Assembly: GCA_009103225.1 (NCBI GenBank)
Contig: RHPI01000638.1
Span: 248,001 to 312,000 of the forward strand
Source of the DNA: Chlorokybus atmophyticus
Lineage: Eukaryota; Plantae; Mesostigma and Chlorokybus algae
Direction of reading: 5' to 3'
Length of the DNA stretch: 64,000 nucleotides
In this document: positions 53,030 through 64,000 of the stretch, one piece after another
Numbering within the stretch: the stretch's first letter is position 1
Layout: the number at the start of each line of letters is the position of its first letter
The notes under the pieces: model-generated
Told to the model about the DNA's origin: nothing
The model's database searches: none
Seen by the model: the letters and a program-made list of their open reading frames with translations, nothing else
Translations under genes and position numbers: made by a program

Positions 53030-53460
53030 CCTTCGCGCCTACATGCGCAACGACCAGCAACATTAAGCTAAGGTAATATCCAACGTGGCATTGCTGACAC
53101 CCCTGAAGCGACATTATTTCGCTCCACTTTGCCATCATGACATAATCCGTGACGGCTCGCTTACACCCGCTTCCGAACGGCTATAGTTGGCGACTTAGCG
53201 CAAACAGCAATATCAATAGCGAACTCCAAACATCTCAATCTCCGGCGCATGTGGCACGCGTAAATCGCTACTGACGGACCAGAAGCGACAAAAAGTTTAA
53301 TAAAAAGTCGCTTCTGGTGCTCGTAGCGCAAATGTAGCTTGCCAAGTCGGCTGCAGTTTGTTTCCCACTGCGCAGTTGTTGGCGGGGACATTGTCATTGT
53401 TGGCGGCGGTGTCGGCGGCGGCGAAGGCGGTCGCTATTTAAGCTGTGCCAGTCTGCTGGT

Positions 53461-56400
53461 ATGTCTCGTCGTGTTGCTCAATTTTCTGCTGACGCTCATG
53501 CAGGTTTGGCCGACAAGCTGCTCTGCATGTTGCTTACGTTGCCGCATGCAGCAGGCACGTCTCTCAGCTTGCTGTACGTGCAAGTAGCGAAGCAGCCAGA
53601 ATGGCTTGCCAGATGGCCTTGCGGGGAGTTTTTGGTGGTGTTGGTAAGTTATTTTGTGGCTGGTGCGGGCTTTAAAGCACCTAGTTGTCAGTTGAGAGCA
53701 GTGGACAGCAGTGCTGACCAACACTACTTGGCCAAGCTGAGTTCTCCTGGCATGAGCTTTCCATGGCATGCAGGGCCACTTGCACATGCACGCAGAGTGA
53801 AGGCACAAGCTCCCAAGCCTCGCGTTGGGCGTTATGCTTCGGCTCAGGCTGCTCTGGCGACCGAGAAGGCCAAGCCTATGGCCCCGCCGCCAGTGAAGCC
53901 GAAGCACACGCAGCTGCTGATCAACGGCCAATTTGTTGATGCCGCCTCAGGTGAGTCGGATGTCCCGAGCTGGCATGACATGGTCTTGTGCACAGGATGA
54001 CAGTTGTACTGCTATACTTTAGGCAAGACGTTCGAGACAATTGACCCCCGCACTGAGGAGGTCATTGCGAATGTGGCTGAGGGGGACAAGGAGGACGTCA
54101 ATCGCGCGGTGGCTGCCGCCCGCAAGGCCTTCGACGAAGGACCTTGGCCAAGGATGCCAGCCAGGGTCAGTTGCATGCATTGCAAGACTGCATGCAAAGC
54201 GATATCTATCCCCGCACCTTGCGCTTGTGGCAGCTTCAGCATCCGGCAGCCACTGTGTAGGCTTTCATGTTCACTGTTACCGTTTGGATGGTGTGCAGCA
54301 AAGGTCACGCTTGATATACAAGCTTGCTGACCTCATTGAACGAGACTTGGAGTATCTGGCCCAGCTTGAGACGCTGGACAACGGCAAGCCGCTGTTCTTC
54401 TCTAAGAACGCAGACATCCCTTTCGCCGTCAATCATTATCGCTACTATGCTGGCAAGTAGTGACGTTGCAGCATCCTATTCAGCGTGCGTGCCGCCATTG
54501 TAACCAAGTGCGACGCTGGTTAAAATTGATTAGTCTTCAGTACAACGACAACTTGGCTGGCCTGCATGCGGCAATTTGGTTTAGCTGCATACCGCCCATT
54601 CATTGAGAGTGCATGCAGAAAGTCAATGTGAGGTCAACATGCATGCCATATCGTGCTTCATGTGCAGGTTGGGCTGATAAGCAGGAGGGCAAGACCATTC
54701 CCGTAGATGGAGAGAGGTTCACCTACACCTTGCATGAACCCATTGGTGTCGTGGGTCAGATCATTCCTTGGAACTTCCCCATCTTGATGCAGGTGTGTAT
54801 GCGCTGCTTTGAGCCACTCTCGTATCCCAAGTTGGTATTCCATTACAAAAGCATGCACGTGCTTTCTTGACAGGCCTGGAAGTTGGCACCGGCACTGGCG
54901 GCTGGATGCACAATAGTCATGAAGCTTGCAGAGCAGGTAAGAGCTGGGTACCTGAGTCAGGCGTTCTGTACACCTTCATGCAGTCACTCAAACATACACT
55001 GCTGCATCTGTACAGACGCCATTAACCGGCTTGCATATTGGAAAGCTGGCGCTCGAGGTATAAACAAAGTTGCTTGTAGCTATTCTGCGATGCATTCATG
55101 TGCTAACACCGAAGTATCCAAGTGCGAACTCCGTTACTGTTTGTCAGGCTGGTATCCCAGAAGGCGTTGTCAACATCATCAATGGGTACGGACCTACAGC
55201 TGGTGCAGCAATCGCCGGTCACATGGAAGTGGACAAGGTGCGCTACACTTTGACCGTTGCATCTGCATAGAACTTTACACCAACCGGACACTTTATTGAC
55301 AGGTGGCTTTCACCGGCAGCACTGAAGTGGGCCACAAGATTATGGAAGCTTCTGCTCGCAGCAACCTGAAGCCTGTGTCTCTTGAGCTGGGTGGGAAATC
55401 TGCAGCCATCATTTGTGCTGATGCGGATGTAGATAGTGCTGTTGAGCAGGTATGGAACGGTACTTGCACAGTGTCCCGCACTGTTTACGCGCACTGGCCA
55501 TGCATGAATTAATTGAACATGCAGGCGCACTTTGCTCTGTTCTTCAACCAAGGCCAGTGCTGTTGTGCCGGTTCACGAACGTTTGTGCATGAGAGCATCT
55601 ATGACGAGTTTGTGGAGAAGGCTGCACAGCGCGCTCAGCGCCGGAGTGTTGGCGATCCTTTCTCAGATGTTGAGCAGGGACCACAGGTGAGAGCCAATGC
55701 AGAGGAAACTGTACAACGAGGTGAATGCACTGCAGTTGTGGTTACGTCCGGCTGACACCTTGTTCTGCAATGATGTTGGTCGTATGACACAGCCTGCAGC
55801 TGTCGTCGCCAATGCCTTGCTGCGCACACATGCTGACTTGCTACAACACGCAGATTGACAAGGAGCAGTTTGACAAAATCATGGGCTTCATCAGCAGAGG
55901 CCGTGAGCAGAAAGCCTCATTGCGTGCGGGTGGCGGGCGGGTGGGTTCTCGCGGATACTTCATTGAGCCCACGGTGTTTGCCGATGTCAAAGATGAGATG
56001 GAGATCGCGCGCGAAGAGATATTTGGGCCTGTTCAGAGCATCCTGAAGTATAAGACCATCGACGAAGTGGTCAAAAGGGCCAACAACTCCAAGTATGGAC
56101 TTGCGGCTGGCGTCTGGACACGCAGCTTGGATACGGCACATACCTTGTCACGCAACCTTAAAGCTGGCACGGTGAGCTTTCCCGATCTTCTCAGCTTACG
56201 TTTCACTGCTTACTGGGCTTGCTGCGTGCTTGCTTTGAGCTTAACCATACCATGTAGATTGTCAGTAGTTGATACAGCATGGTACAGCATACATGCAGAA
56301 GTTCAGCGTGAATGGTAAGTTGCAGAAACAATTGCATCATTCTTTTGAATCAAACCAATGATCATGACAGGTGTGGGTCAACTGTTTTGATGCATTTGAT

Positions 56401-56526
56401 GCTGCCGCGCCGTTTGGAGGGTACAAGATGAGTGGCATTGGGCGTGACGGTGGCTCGTACTCTATGGATCTATACACACAGGTCAAGACTGTCACCACGC
56501 CCATCCAGGGATCCTCATGGCTGTAA
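53461..56526 (+). CDS. ALDH2: Aldehyde dehydrogenase family 2 (mitochondrial ALDH2B-like); start exon inferred
   Basis: [44 protein letters not shown], catalytic [37 protein letters not shown]; stop at 56526. Confidence 0.97.
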
Positions 56527-56626
56527 ACACGTGCAGTGGAGGGTGTTTAAAGGATGAGTACATAGAGGGACGCAGCGAGCAGTAGCGCCACTGTAATCGG
56601 AGTAGCTTTTTTGACAGATGCTTGGT

Positions 56627-59122
56627 TTACATGCGGAGGGAGTGGACCCTGTGCCCAAGGGCCGGAACCTGTAAATATACACAGTCATGGTTGCCAGTTG
56701 TAACGCATAATATGTGTTTGCGTCTGGTGTTTGTGTTTCCTTCTCTCTCTCTCACACATGTGTCTGCATGGCAATGCATTGCACTCACTTGGTACGGGTT
56801 GCGCATACACCACAATGATGGAGTCGTTGGGAGGCGGTGCCCTTACAGGAGGGGGCAAGGGCAGCATAGAGAAGACGTCTGTCGATGGCACATTCTGAGG
56901 TGAACACAACCAAGGTCAAAGTTGGGTGAGGCAAGGTTTGGGTGAGGTTTGCTGTGCACACCTCACCTTGAGCAGGTCAATCTTAGGCTGCCATACAGTC
57001 TTCCAGTCGTTGAGAAGTATGCCTCCAGTGTCGCCAGAATCAGGGTTTACTGCAGGGGTGAATTCAAAATGGCGTAAAAGTGTAAGCAGCATGAGGGATA
57101 ATTGCGTCTGTGCCCAGTTACCACAAAAGTAGAAGCTGCTGGTCATGTTGTTCTGTATCATGTAGGCCATGTAGGCATCCTGGAACTGCTTGTCCGGTAC
57201 AGTCCCATTGGGTGGCATGTTGTAGAAACTGCAATGACAGATTCAACACTTTCAGAATGCGAATCGAGATTCCATAACAATTTGTCACACTTTACCCTCC
57301 CCATTCTGTGGTCACCACCGGCACACCAGTCAGCGACTGCACAAAGCCAAAATGCGGATCCCAAAGAGAAGCCTGAGGCAAGAGCAAGCACACCCACAAA
57401 TTACGTGATCATCAACTTCATCTGCGCTTAGAGCACAGGCCGCCAATCGATGCATACCAAGTTGGCCGGGTAATCTTTTGCCGAGTACATTGTGAAGTTC
57501 GTGATCCAGGGCCCGTAGACATGCGGGGAGTACACGAGTCTTCCAGGGGACTGCAGCTTTATCGGGTGCGTTTGCACGCCTACTCATTACCACATACAAT
57601 TGTATGCGACTTGATGCATATGACACGGGCTTGCAACTGCACGGTGCTCGCTGTATCACTCACCTGCCAGGTTGCCGCCCCTATGCATTATAACAATTGT
57701 TATTAGAGTTGATGAGGCCATCCGCTGTTATCCAAGCATGCAAGTGTTTGAGTCAGGAAGGTAACCATACCACCACTGATCCGTATGTGTATTGAGTCCC
57801 GTAGCATTGGTAAACACGCCGCCAACAAACACCAGCAAGCGTGGACACAGCCCCTGCATGCACGCTCTGTTGAGTCATCAACATGATTGTGTGCCTGATG
57901 TCGTTGTAGCAGTAAAATATGGCTCAAGTCTTGTGCAGGTGTCGCAGTACTTGTATGTAGTTCCCTATTCGCGTCGCAGCCTGGTCCCAGTCGGAGGTTA
58001 CATTGCCATAACCCCATGTCGCCATCTGCGCAGGTGGGTGTGCTTCAAAACCTTGTCATGTGTCGTGAACACCTTAAGTCACAGACAGGGGAGGCGCACG
58101 CACATACGCACGCACAGAGTGCAGCATACATACATCTCATGAGTTGCAGCTGAATGCAGTGCATCCTCCATTGCTTACCACAGGTTCATTCTTCAACTCC
58201 ACCCCAAAGACGTTCCAGGTGTCACAGTATCGATCCAGCAGCACCGACCAGCACTGGTAAGCTCGTCACCATTGGTTTGCTGCAATAGCTTTCTCGTCAA
58301 AAGCTCAGGCCACGCACCTGTTTAACGATGTCCTCGGTTACGACTCCATTGTACCAGTATCCATCAGTTGGCACACCCGCCTGCAGCCGATGCAAGTCCA
58401 ACAGCACTAGCAGACCCCTCTCAGCACACCTGAATCAGGTTAGACAGGGTGGTTAAGGTTTATGCAAACAACCACACATTGAAGGTCGCACGTACTTCTG
58501 TATCAGCGTATCCAGAGCATCCAGTACCCGCACGCCAACAACATCGGCGTTAACATTTAGAGCAACATCCCTGCCAGCATTATGGTGTGAATGACGGTGG
58601 TGATTGTACGTGGCTAAGTGACAAATAAACATGCTTGTCAGTAGTGCTGAGCTTATCAAATGAATGTATACCTTACTGCTGGATTGAGTATAATGGTGTC
58701 CACTGCGAAGGGCACGCGCAGGGAGTTGAAGCCGTTGTCGGCAAGGATGTCGAGGACCGAGTCCATTGAAACTGTCCACAACCCATGCACGATGTCCTGT
58801 GAAGAGCTTTGTCAATTGAGTGAATGCTGTGCTTGCAAGCGTGCTTGTTTTAACATACTGTAGTGCCTTCAAAGCCGAACCAGTTGACGCCTTTGATGTG
58901 AAACAGCTGCCACAGGTCAGAAAGATGGGAATGTCAGTCAGCAAAGACTGGATTAAATAGAAGCACTGAGTACAATGAGTTACTAACCTTTCCATTGGCA
59001 TACAGCTGGCCCTGATTGGTATTGAACATGATGAGGCTGTCTCCTGCTGCGCTCCGCGACGCACCTAACAAGGAACAAGCCAAGACCAGCAAGTAGTATG
59101 CTGGCCGCAGCACTGACAACAT
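56627..59122 (-). CDS. Secreted glycoside hydrolase family 5 (cellulase/endoglucanase-like), multi-exon
   Basis: Signal peptide MLSVLRPAYYLLVLACSLLGAS, then IKGVNWFGFEG, GFNSLRVPF, LDLHRL, acid/base GVELKNEP, LVYSPHVYGP and NPDSGDTGGILLNDW. Confidence 0.9.
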
Positions 59123-59536
59123 CTCCTCGGATTGGCCTGCACCATACACATGCTGTGTGTCTCATGGAGTCCCAACAGCCAGTGGATGAAACCAACAAGA
59201 ACAAAGCACCCAGAAAGGCCACCATTGGTTGCAGAGTAGACAGTGCTGTACTTGTGTTATTACCAAACACTGCGAGCTTGCATGTACGTGAGCAACCTCG
59301 CCTTGGCCTGGTATGGTATGGTGCACACCGCTGCTCTAACCTGGCCTAGCTACAACCCAGTCAACTGCCATGCCAACACAGGAGAGAAGAAGCAGGCCCG
59401 CTCTGTCTATCTCTCCCCTTTGCGTCGACAGTTCCGAGGGACCTGATTCAGGTCACCTGGACGATGCACTGTGCCGACCATTGACAGTAGAGCACACGCA
59501 ACACGGCGCGGACGGTCGACGCCGAAGTACCAGGCC

Positions 59537-60560
59537 ATGCAGCTCTGTATGCTGATGCAGGCCATGCAGCTGGTGGCGGTGGCATGCGGCGGCCAGACCG
59601 GTGCTGACCGAGCGGCGGCAGTTGCCGTGGTGGACGGCGAGGTGGACAAGGAGGATCAGGGGAGAAGGCAGAAGAGGAGGCTGAAGTTGAGGGGATGGTG
59701 CCCTAAAGGCAAACTGGCAGGTGAGTTGGAGTCATGGGTGCATGCATAGGTGGGTGTCTAGCTGAGGTTGTAGATTGTATCCCTTGCTTTCTTGCAGAAG
59801 ATGGACAGATACCGGCGAGATACGCCCAGTACTTCACTGAGACGCCGTCGGCGGATTACGCCCAGCGCACCGCCTGGAACGTCAGAGACTCTGATGCTAC
59901 GCTGATACTTACCATATCAGAACCAAGTCAGTGTGCAGTAAAACAGCATGCTGATGTGCTTATCGTGCAACTTGTCTTTGTCATTGCTGCTCTGGGTCAG
60001 GCGTATTATTGCTGTAGTGTCTGTTAGATGCGAGCGCTATAACTGCAATATCAAAGTAATCTCTCGTTATGGTTGAAAGGCAACTAATGTCTCTGTGTTC
60101 TGTGCCAGCCATTTGCTTCTGCAGCGATGGCTCTTTGGCCTACTGCATCCAGTGCATGCGCGGGTTTATTTTGTCATAGTGCAGAGTGCAGAGAGCCTGC
60201 ATTAATAACTGGTTTGTGATGATACAAATTAGAATAGCTTGCCACGCTACTTGATGCATGGAATGCATGACCCTTGAAGGTGAGCTATCCGGCGGGACGC
60301 GTTTGACCGTGGACGAGGCCATTGCGCAAAGAAAGCCTTATTTGGTAGTAGACCTGCGATGTTGTGGCGAACATCAAGAAGATGGTCCCATGCATGAGCA
60401 AATCAGCAAAGTGATAGAATGGTTGGGTGCGAATGGCGTGCAGGTGTTGAATGTTGCTGGGCCACGGGAAAGCCAACAACCTGGTCTGTACGCGCAAGCG
60501 TATATGTTCTTGTCCAGGATATTTGCAACGTTCCCTCATGCAGATGGCGGTCGGTGTTAA
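59537..60560 (+). CDS. cpYpsA / 'putative molybdenum carrier' SLOG-superfamily protein, 3 exons
   Basis: [20 protein letters not shown]|EDGQIPARY...[42 protein letters not shown] and [16 protein letters not shown] match the bacterial family pattern. GT-AG introns near 59720-59798 and 59927-60280. Confidence 0.88.
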
Positions 60561-61599
60561 TGGGTAAGTAGATGGCGCTATCCGGTTGCTTGCGTTCAGT
60601 TTTATCCATATCAGGCTCCGCGTGTATGATGTTGCTGCTGCTGCTGTTGTCATAGCAACACTTGCTTTCAGATGCTGTTTGCGCAGTACTGCATGGCGGT
60701 TGGTGTGCTTTCACTGAGAGACAATGGAATACCTTAAGTAACGCCACTGATTGAGGACATGCAAAGCCTCGTTCACAACCCTGAAGCACAGCAAGGTACC
60801 TACAAGCAACATGCGCTTGAAACAACGTGTGTTTTATCAACCACCTAGTTTTAACTCATCTTGTATGGTTGTCTCCCAGTCGTGCCACTTGCAAATTCTG
60901 CATGTCATCGGATGCTCTTGCCCCCATTTGAAAGGCCACCACGTGTGTCTGCTGTGTTGTCTTGCACAGCTTTAACAGGCTCTGTAGCAAAGTTCAGCCT
61001 TGGTGGTCAAGACTCTGATAGAGTAAGGTACTGCTGGTCACAAATTTGACAGCAGTCGGCGCGTTGGTCATGGCTGCGCAAAGGTCCTCAAGAACATGCA
61101 CAACGCTGACTCCCCGCCCTCTCTGCTCCCCTCCACCGTTACCGCCGCACCTGTGCGTGGTAACAACCAACAGCCACACGTCGCATGCCTGCACAACTGC
61201 CTTCAACTGCGTACAGGCGATGTTGCTTGCGTGTGTCGTGACTGCAGGACTGTAGCTGTACATATGCACACTCTAGTACCTACACACATCCACATGCATC
61301 AAGTGCCGTACAGCCTGCCAATTCCCAACAACACCAACAGCCACGACACCACGTACATGCCGCACGCAAGGTCACCAGTGTTAGCTACTACCACTGGCTA
61401 ACCACCCAATGCCGCCAAGGCGACATCAGCCTCCGACGCCAGCGCCCCCGTTCGCAGCGTGCTCCAGCCTGATACCGCTGCCACCGCCGCTGCCCCGCAC
61501 TCCAGTAACGCTAGGCCCTGCGCCCGCTGCGGCGCCACCGCCACACGTTGCCGAAACAGCGCCACGTATCCACTTAGACCCCCTCGTGTACACCGCCTG

Positions 61600-61960
61600 T
61601 CTGGCGGCTGTCTTCAGCATCCCTGCAAAAGCCGCCCCCACCGCGCTGTAGGTCTCCACTGCCAATGGGTAGAATTTGTCCGTCGGAGGGTGATCGCTGT
61701 GCTTGCGGCGTTTGGAATTCTCCACGTCAAGCGCTCCCACTCCTGCCGTCACGTCGCACGCTGTGACCGTCGCGTCAGCTGTGGTGGTTGCGTGCGCAAC
61801 TGAATGCCATGTTGTGTACAATGCCAATGCATGGCAACAAGCTCCTGTGTTGCAGCTGGCGCGTGTGGGTGATGTCGCGGGCAGGCCGATGATTGAACAG
61901 TGCGCTGTCCAACGTTTTGTAGGTGTGGTTGCCCTCGTCTTGTCATGCAGTCACCTTCGA
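61600..61960 (-). mobile_element. Relic of a restriction-like-endonuclease non-LTR retrotransposon (3' ORF fragment)
   Basis: C..RHH...QELVAM...GIQLRTQPPQL, then CDVTAG...ENSKRRKH...FYPLAVETYS (RLE D...K.KY...F.PLAVET pattern); frames broken. Confidence 0.45.
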
Positions 61961-62259
61961 GCATTGTTGTCTATGTCCAGCAGGGCGGACATTCTAACGC
62001 AGCTAGATCTCCATAGGCTTATGTTAAATGCGTAGCTGAGCAACGACCACATGCTTCACACCATGCATGCTGCCACAACAGCATACCCTTTTTGTATTTC
62101 TAACCACACAACAATGCAAGTGAAGCTAACCAGTTGAGCATTGCCACATCGCAGCAGCGCTACGTAATTACGATGTCTAGGAACGTTAGAAGGGGAAGGG
62201 GGAGTATGCCTCCAGTGTCGCCNGGGGGGGCGCATTGTGCAGGATGTTCATAACTTTGT

Positions 62260-62560
62260 GGGCGCACCGTACCGCACCACATGACGCGCTGCGTGACGAT
62301 GTCTATGCCGGCACCATGCCGCTTTCCACGACGTTGTGGACCTTTGCGCGCGGCGCACGGTGGCGGCACGTGACCTGCCCGCCCCGCCGGCTGCCTGCGT
62401 TCCTGGCGATGTACCGTCAGCGGGTCTCGTGTGCCCTGCAGCGTGCGCAGGGGCTAACGGTGCTCGGGCGTGGAGCCGCTCCACGGACTGCGGTTGTGCC
62501 AGGATGGACAGAGGCTGACGCGATGCACGTGACGACGGAGGAGGACGCTCTGCTCGCTGC
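62260..62560 (+). mobile_element. Second RLE-type non-LTR retrotransposon relic, internally deleted
   Basis: APHDALRDDVY and FLAMYRQRVSCALQRAQGLTVLGR resemble the RHD and C-terminal RQR.S.ALQR motifs. An N lies at 62223. Confidence 0.45.
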
Positions 62561-62641
62561 GGGCGCTTCAACGCCTTGGTTGAGCATTGTCCGTGTGTTG
62601 GTTGGGCATAAATAGTTGTACGTGTTGAACACTTGCCATCG

Positions 62642-62643
<2 letters not shown>

Positions 62644-62680
<37 letters not shown>
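62644..62680. repeat. (GA)n microsatellite
   Basis: Direct reading. Confidence 0.95.
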
Positions 62681-62684
<4 letters not shown>

Positions 62685-63229
62685 TGGGCACGCATGTTGA
62701 TGTCTACAGCATTGTTTACTAACACGGTTACTGCACGCTTAGAAAAAACAATGCTGCACTGCTGAGAGAAGCGAGACACAACAACAAGCTCAAACCTTGC
62801 TCACGGCGATGATTCCGCTCCACTAGTAGTGTGTTTGAAAGTAAGGGATGACACATGCATGACTGATGGGGTGTTAGCGTAGTGTACATAGTAGCTAAGG
62901 TGATAGACTAGATGAGCCCGGTTTTGATGTATCATTGATTGTTGGTCTGCATACTATGCGCTTATCACACACTCCGCTTGTCAAATGCATAGGCATCTGC
63001 GCTTCGCATTTATTGTACTACAAGGATGCATACGCATTCGCACCAACTTCTTGAGGACTGAAGCCATAAACACCTGACCATTATTGCATGACGCTCACAC
63101 AAAGCAACGATTACACCGCTGCTCCAGGTGCTGGTGCCACCACATGACAGTGACAACCAAGCATATTCACAACATGGTTTCATAATTTCTGTTTGCTGCC
63201 ACCTATGACAGGCAGCGTGATCAGCTCAT

Positions 63230-63275
63230 GAACTGCCCTCCCACAAGCTAGCTATCGGATGGGCGTCCATTCCCG

Positions 63276-63315
<40 letters not shown>

Positions 63316-63960
63316 ACCAAATCCTTTTACTGGGAAAACAGGGTGACCAATTTTGATAGGCCGTAGAACGCAAGGAGTATAAGCTTCATTAGCGCGTACG
63401 CGATCATTCCACGAAAGAAGTTCTGGATAAGGTTTGCCATGAACCACTTGAGTCTGGGTGGGAAGTTGCAGACGGCTGTCAGGTTGTCAAAGCTGTCGAG
63501 GGTATTGAACGATGTCCACCAGAAGGCGTTGGTGCCATTCATAATGCCCAGCAGACTGTCGGAACCGGTGATGTCCTTTAGCACTTCCACGGTCCACTTC
63601 TTGCTGCATGTGGCCAAGTCGTAGTACATCCTGACGCCACCCACATTCGCAAAAAGTCTACGCTCTTCCTGCGCACCCCAAAGCAGCAAGCGCACACGAA
63701 CAGATGTTATTCCTTCCTGGTACACGCGCCTTTGCACAGGCTGGTAATTGCACGCACCATGATTCATGACAGCCGACAGGCATGCATGTGTTGGCAGTTA
63801 CTTGAGCATGTTGCAGAACCTAAACAGCGTTGCAAGAAGTAAATGGACATCCTTGTCTTCTCGCCATATACATGCGGCATGCCTACTCTAAAAGTGCGTA
63901 TTTCCCACTGCTCACCTGTGTACTCCACTCGTTCCGTGCATGGTACTTTGCAATGTAGAT
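63230..63960 (-). CDS. 3' exons of an unidentified, probably membrane-anchored protein; runs off the window
   Basis: Exons IYIAKYHARNEWSTQ|, EDKDVHLLLATLFRFCNMLK| and a 130-aa exon ending in hydrophobic FRGMIAYALMKLILLAFYGLSKLV, with GT-AG junctions. Confidence 0.5.
63280..63313. repeat. (GA)n microsatellite
   Basis: Direct reading. Confidence 0.95.
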
Positions 63961-64000
63961 CGCACCGTATGCGTATGCGGCCGCATGCGCGCGTGCTGTG

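Overview
Intron-rich eukaryotic nuclear DNA of about 50% GC. The plant-type RPB2, CSN2, ALDH2 and SANT genes plus (TTAGGG)n repeats suggest a green-lineage, probably streptophyte, alga (inference). The window has two parts. (1) About 5.5-32.5 kb is a transposon-dense accessory block. It holds three miniature LTR elements (TRIM-like, with TG..CA ends, PBS/PPT and 5-bp TSDs), a full-length pogo/Fot-like DD35D transposon (22-bp TIRs, TA TSD), four decayed copies of an F-box-like gene, and a decayed ~13-kb gene cluster. That cluster has a Plavaka-type transposase beside a spliced Tudor + phage/bacterial-type C5 DNA-methyltransferase gene and an OTU deubiquitinase-like gene, each preceded by a GTAC-motif cluster; it is the top finding. 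(2) About 34-64 kb is a housekeeping block: RPB2, a non-autonomous Tc1/mariner-like element, an F-box/WD40-like gene, CSN2, methylmalonyl-CoA epimerase, ALDH2, a GH5 glucanase, an intron-containing bacterial-type cpYpsA/SLOG gene, non-LTR retrotransposon relics and a partial unknown gene. All family assignments come from motif recognition by eye; no searches were run. Boundaries of decayed features are approximate.
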